A program made the translations under genes and the position numbers. A stretch of 64,000 nucleotides of DNA from a bacterium (GTDB lineage: Bacteria > Hinthialibacterota > Hinthialibacteria > Hinthialibacterales > Hinthialibacteraceae): positions 8,989 through 72,988 of the forward strand of contig CAXXSM010000012.1 of NCBI GenBank assembly GCA_963663405.2. Reading direction: 5' to 3'. The notes beneath the pieces were generated by a model. The model had not been told where the DNA came from and searched no databases. It was given only the letters and a program-made list of their open reading frames with translations. Positions within the stretch are counted from its first letter, which is position 1, and each line of letters starts with the position of its first letter. This document shows, piece after piece, positions 61,117-64,000 of this stretch.

Positions 61117-61649
61117 CCCATTCCCAAGTTCGCGCCCTCCTGGCCGCCGTCAGGAAAACGCCCTACCGGTTGGCTCTAACGTTGATGTATGCGTGCGGCC
61201 TTCGGACCAGTGAAGTCATCTCTCTTCCGGTGCGGCAGATCGATTCCAACCAAATGAGTTTACGGATTATTGGGAAGGGCGATAAAGAGCGAATCGTTCC
61301 TCTCCCGGACACCTTGTTGGAGCCGATGCGTGAACTCTGGTTGATGCATCGCCATCCCACCTGGCTATTCCCCAACCAACAAGGCTCCAACCACATTCCC
61401 TCATCGACACTCGGCAAAGCGTTTCGCTTGGCCTGTAACGCTACCGGGCTGACAGACGATGTGAAGCCGCATTCGATGCGTCATTCGTTTGCCAGCAGAT
61501 TGCTGGAGAACGGCGAAAGCCTGCGCGTTGTCCAGATTCTTCTCGGCCATTCCAGTATTCGTTCGACACAGATCTACACTCATTTGACTGAGCCGCTTCG
61601 CCACGAGGCTCAGGATCGGATCAACGCCGTGTTCGCCGATCTGATGTGA
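61068..61649 (+). CDS. Tyrosine recombinase catalytic domain (ORF B, -1 frame relative to ORF A)
   Basis: KRLP, YACGLR.SE, GKGDKER, HSMRHSFA, LLGH, TQIYTH: full R-K-H-R-H-Y set. Confidence 0.92.
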   Translation, partial: KKKIRKPRQKRLPHSLTHSQVRALLAAVRKTPYRLALTLMYACGLRTSEVISLPVRQIDSNQMSLRIIGKGDKERIVPLPDTLLEPMRELWLMHRHPTWLFPNQQGSNHIPSSTLGKAFRLACNATGLTDDVKPHSMRHSFASRLLENGESLRVVQILLGHSSIRSTQIYTHLTEPLRHEAQDRINAVFADLM

Positions 61650-61658
61650 GGAGGAATC

Positions 61659-62825
61659 ATGAATTGCACTTCATCGAACCTCGAACTCGGCGATGTGGTT
61701 CGCCGGTTTGGCCCGGCCTATATCCGGCAGCAAGGGAAGCGCCTTTTGCCCTCCCAGCGTAAAGCGCTGCACGATATCATGGCCTGTCATACGGCGGAAC
61801 TGGGAGGGCATCGTTATCACTGTCAGGACTGCGGCGAAGACTTCTGGGTGTATCACGGGTGTGGCAATCGATCCTGTCCGTCCTGTCATTCCCAGGCGAT
61901 GCGGCAATGGATCGAGAAGCGGGAAGACCAGATGCTTGGCTGCCGTTACTTTCATGTAATCGTAACAGTTCCGCAGTCTATCCGGGCGGCTTTCTTGGCT
62001 CATCAAAAGATTCTCTATGGGTTGCTGATGACGACGGCTGCTTCCTGTATCATGGATCTGATGCGCAATCCCCAAGTCGTTGGCGGTACCCCGGCGATCC
62101 TGGCCGTGCTGCACACTTGGCGGGGAGATCTGGAATTGCATCCACATGTCCATCTGTTGGTCAGCGCCGGCGCCGTGAGTGAGGACGGCCACTCTTGGAT
62201 GGAACTCCGCCACCCGAAATGGCTTCTCCATGTGGGAACGCTCAGCTTACTCGTTCGCCGGCGCTTTAAAGAACGGCTCGAAAAAGCGGCGCCGGAGATC
62301 TTCCAAGGCATCGAGACCAAGGTCTGGAATAGAGGCTGGAACTCGTTCTGCAAACCGTATGGCAAAGGCGTGAAAGCCATCTTGAATTACCTGGGGCGCT
62401 ATGTCTATCGCATCGCGATCTCCAACCACCGGCTTCTGGCAATGGACGCTACCCACGTGACGTTCCGCTACAAGACCTTCAAAGAGAAGCATTGGCGAAC
62501 TCTCCGCTTGCCGGGCGAAGAATTTCTGCGGCGCTTCGTGATGCATGTGCTCCCCCGCGGCTTCCATAAAGTCCGCTACTATGGGCTGTGGCATCACTGT
62601 CATCGGGACACACGCAATCGAATCCGTTTGCTCCTCGCCCCCAAGGCGGAGAGCGTTTCTATTCCCGAATCGGTTGAGAATTCCATCGTTTCAAAAGAGA
62701 CCAACGACAAAGCAGTATTCGATCGGACCGGCCAAGAATCGGCGCCGGAATGGCCTAAATGTCCGCGTTGCAAAAGCTGTAACGTGATTGTCATTGAAAC
62801 CCTCAATCGGAATCGAAGCCCCTGA
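61659..62825 (+). CDS. IS91-family (Y2/HUH) transposase with N-terminal Zn-binding domain
   Basis: CHT..LGG.RYHC..C...YHGCGNRSCPSC, HTW....HPHVH (HUH), YLGRY (Y2), EFLRRF..HVLP.GF.KVRYYG; GAGGAGG RBS. Confidence 0.93.
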   Translation: MNCTSSNLELGDVVRRFGPAYIRQQGKRLLPSQRKALHDIMACHTAELGGHRYHCQDCGEDFWVYHGCGNRSCPSCHSQAMRQWIEKREDQMLGCRYFHVIVTVPQSIRAAFLAHQKILYGLLMTTAASCIMDLMRNPQVVGGTPAILAVLHTWRGDLELHPHVHLLVSAGAVSEDGHSWMELRHPKWLLHVGTLSLLVRRRFKERLEKAAPEIFQGIETKVWNRGWNSFCKPYGKGVKAILNYLGRYVYRIAISNHRLLAMDATHVTFRYKTFKEKHWRTLRLPGEEFLRRFVMHVLPRGFHKVRYYGLWHHCHRDTRNRIRLLLAPKAESVSIPESVENSIVSKETNDKAVFDRTGQESAPEWPKCPRCKSCNVIVIETLNRNRSP

Positions 62826-63076
62826 TCGATTCCGATTGTAAGCATCGCGATGGTAATATAAAGAAATTATAACTTTACGCGGGAAGATTTTTTACTTTTC
62901 TTGCCGTGAGGGGATTTCTATAGCTTCAAGAGGATTTTCTCTTTCTAAACTATCAACTTCTCTTCCTCAATTAAGCCGTTTCGCGAATAAATGGCGTGTT
63001 ATTGGTTCTCACATTCCCCCCGCACTTCGTCCAATAGAGTTTGTATCTCGGCTTCGCTCGATAAAAACTCCTATCT

Positions 63077-63249
63077 ATTTCATCCGCATAAGGACAACGG
63101 GAAGGAAACTGAGAAAGGGTTTTAATTTTATCCATGATTTCCCCATACCATTTCACGGCGTTTGGGAGGGAATCTTGTGCGATGACATCAACGTAATACT
63201 CGATTTCATCGATAACGGATGGGGAGATATGAACTTTAAAAACCTGCAT
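63077..63249 (-). pseudogene. 5' half of RelE/ParE toxin gene
   Basis: MQVFKVHISP....EIE....IAQDS...A.KW...I..L.QFP.RCP; overlaps the antitoxin stop codon. Confidence 0.85.
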
Positions 63250-63529
63250 CGGGGTATTTTGCAGATAATTTTTCACTCAGTCTAGCAAACGCTTCTTCCG
63301 CTGATATGGCCTGACCTTCATCATGTTGTTTGACGGCTTTGGTGATTTGTTTTAGGGAATGTAACAAAGAAAACATCTCTTCATAAGACTTTGCGTCTTG
63401 TATGACGATTTCGGCTTTTCCATTTACGGTTAAAACTTCGGGCCGGCCGGTTTCTTTGAGACGTTTTATATATTCCGCCGGTTTGCGGCTAAAATCCGAA
63501 ATGGGGTGTATTGAATCGGTCGTAAACAT
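63236..63529 (-). CDS. Phd/YefM-family antitoxin
   Basis: IHPISDF.R......RLKETGRPEVLTVNGKAEIVIQDA.SYE. Confidence 0.9.
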   Translation of the reverse strand: MFTTDSIHPISDFSRKPAEYIKRLKETGRPEVLTVNGKAEIVIQDAKSYEEMFSLLHSLKQITKAVKQHDEGQAISAEEAFARLSEKLSAKYPDAGF

Positions 63530-63654
63530 TTTATTGACCTTATGACAGAAAATTTACTGATAATTTTCAGTTTATCTTGTTTTTGTGGATCACACAAGAT
63601 AATTTTAACCGTCTGTTTTCCGGGAATTCTTTCCCAGACTACGAAGACGGAGAC

Positions 63655-63756
63655 CGTTCTCTTTATCACCCCAAAGGCGAGACCCGTTGCAGCGTGAGTT
63701 TGTTGAATACGATCGATGAACAATACATCCTGTATCCGTTCTATGGCGTACGGCGG
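63655..63756 (+). pseudogene. IS3-family transposase OrfB relic
   Basis: RSLYHPKGE....LLNTIDEQY..YPFYGVRR resembles the IS3 OrfB N-terminal HTH segment; ends at a family C hairpin. Confidence 0.55.
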
Positions 63757-63940
63757 GTGGCCAGGGCAGATGAAAAAACCTTGCCCTGGGTACCCGGCGG
63801 GAACGGCATTCGTCCGAGTAATGGGTTTCTGGGTTCAATGCCAGGGCAGACTTCGCATTGCCCTGGGTACCCGGCCGGAGCCTTTATTTTCATCTAATAA
63901 CTGCAACTGCGCGGCGTTGTCATTACTGGCGCTACGTTAT
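63754..63940. repeat. Family C composite: hairpin variant + full unit + 65-bp segment
   Basis: CGGGTGGCCAGGGCA..TGCCCTGGGTACCCG (63754-96); full unit 63802-63875; segment 63876-63940. Confidence 0.85.
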
Positions 63941-64000
63941 CACCGGTCACTCCGCCGGAAGCGCATTCCTGATTCGCGTTCGACAAGCTCTTTGAATTCC
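63940..64000 (-). CDS. 3' end of a gene entering from the right (partial)
   Basis: Open frame EFKELVERESGMRFRRSDR* ending directly before the repeat block. Confidence 0.3.
   Translation of the reverse strand, partial: EFKELVERESGMRFRRSDR

Larger units (their letters stand above)
60650..63079 (+). mobile_element. Tyrosine recombinase + IS91-like Y2 transposase element (2427 bp between ATT repeats)
   Basis: ATT at 60650-52 and 63077-79; removing the insert restores the toxin ORF; ATTGGACGAAG at the left end is inverted at 63025-63035. Confidence 0.88.

Noticed and set aside
62971-63276. Intact 101-aa toxin as called by the ORF track
   Set aside because: Residues after CPYADE are read from the mobile element end; the true C-terminus is at 60520-60652.
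59102-63940. Classical integron (IntI + attC array)
   Set aside because: Family C repeats lack RYYYAAC/GTTRRRY boxes, and the recombinase lacks the IntI-specific insertion and belongs to the inserted element.

Overview
Bacterial chromosomal window from a diderm (LPS-making) organism. About 59 kb is core or envelope content: lpxB, LptC/LptA-like genes, efp, purC, galT, RNase P RNA, era, obgE, proB, rpsA, plsC, hslVU, an ABC exporter module and five GT-C-type membrane glycosyltransferases. The last ~5 kb (59.1-64 kb) is an accessory hotspot. It holds AT-rich, co-oriented single-gene cassettes separated by a conserved hairpin repeat. It also holds a 2.43-kb tyrosine-recombinase + IS91-like (Y2/HUH) transposase element inserted at an ATT trinucleotide inside a relE/parE toxin gene. 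The strongest signal is in that element: joining its two ends rebuilds a 14-bp perfect inverted repeat closing an attC-like hairpin capped by GCGAAGC on the bottom strand, and its recombinase is split at an A8 slippery site. Other oddities are a solitary phage-portal-like gene, a tandemly duplicated LptA-like protein, ribosomal protein S1 with a 35-aa acidic repeat tail, a YfhO-like protein with two ILEI-like domains, two families of small intergenic palindromes and a candidate structured RNA at 2.7 kb. All product calls come from motif recognition by eye; no database searches were run.
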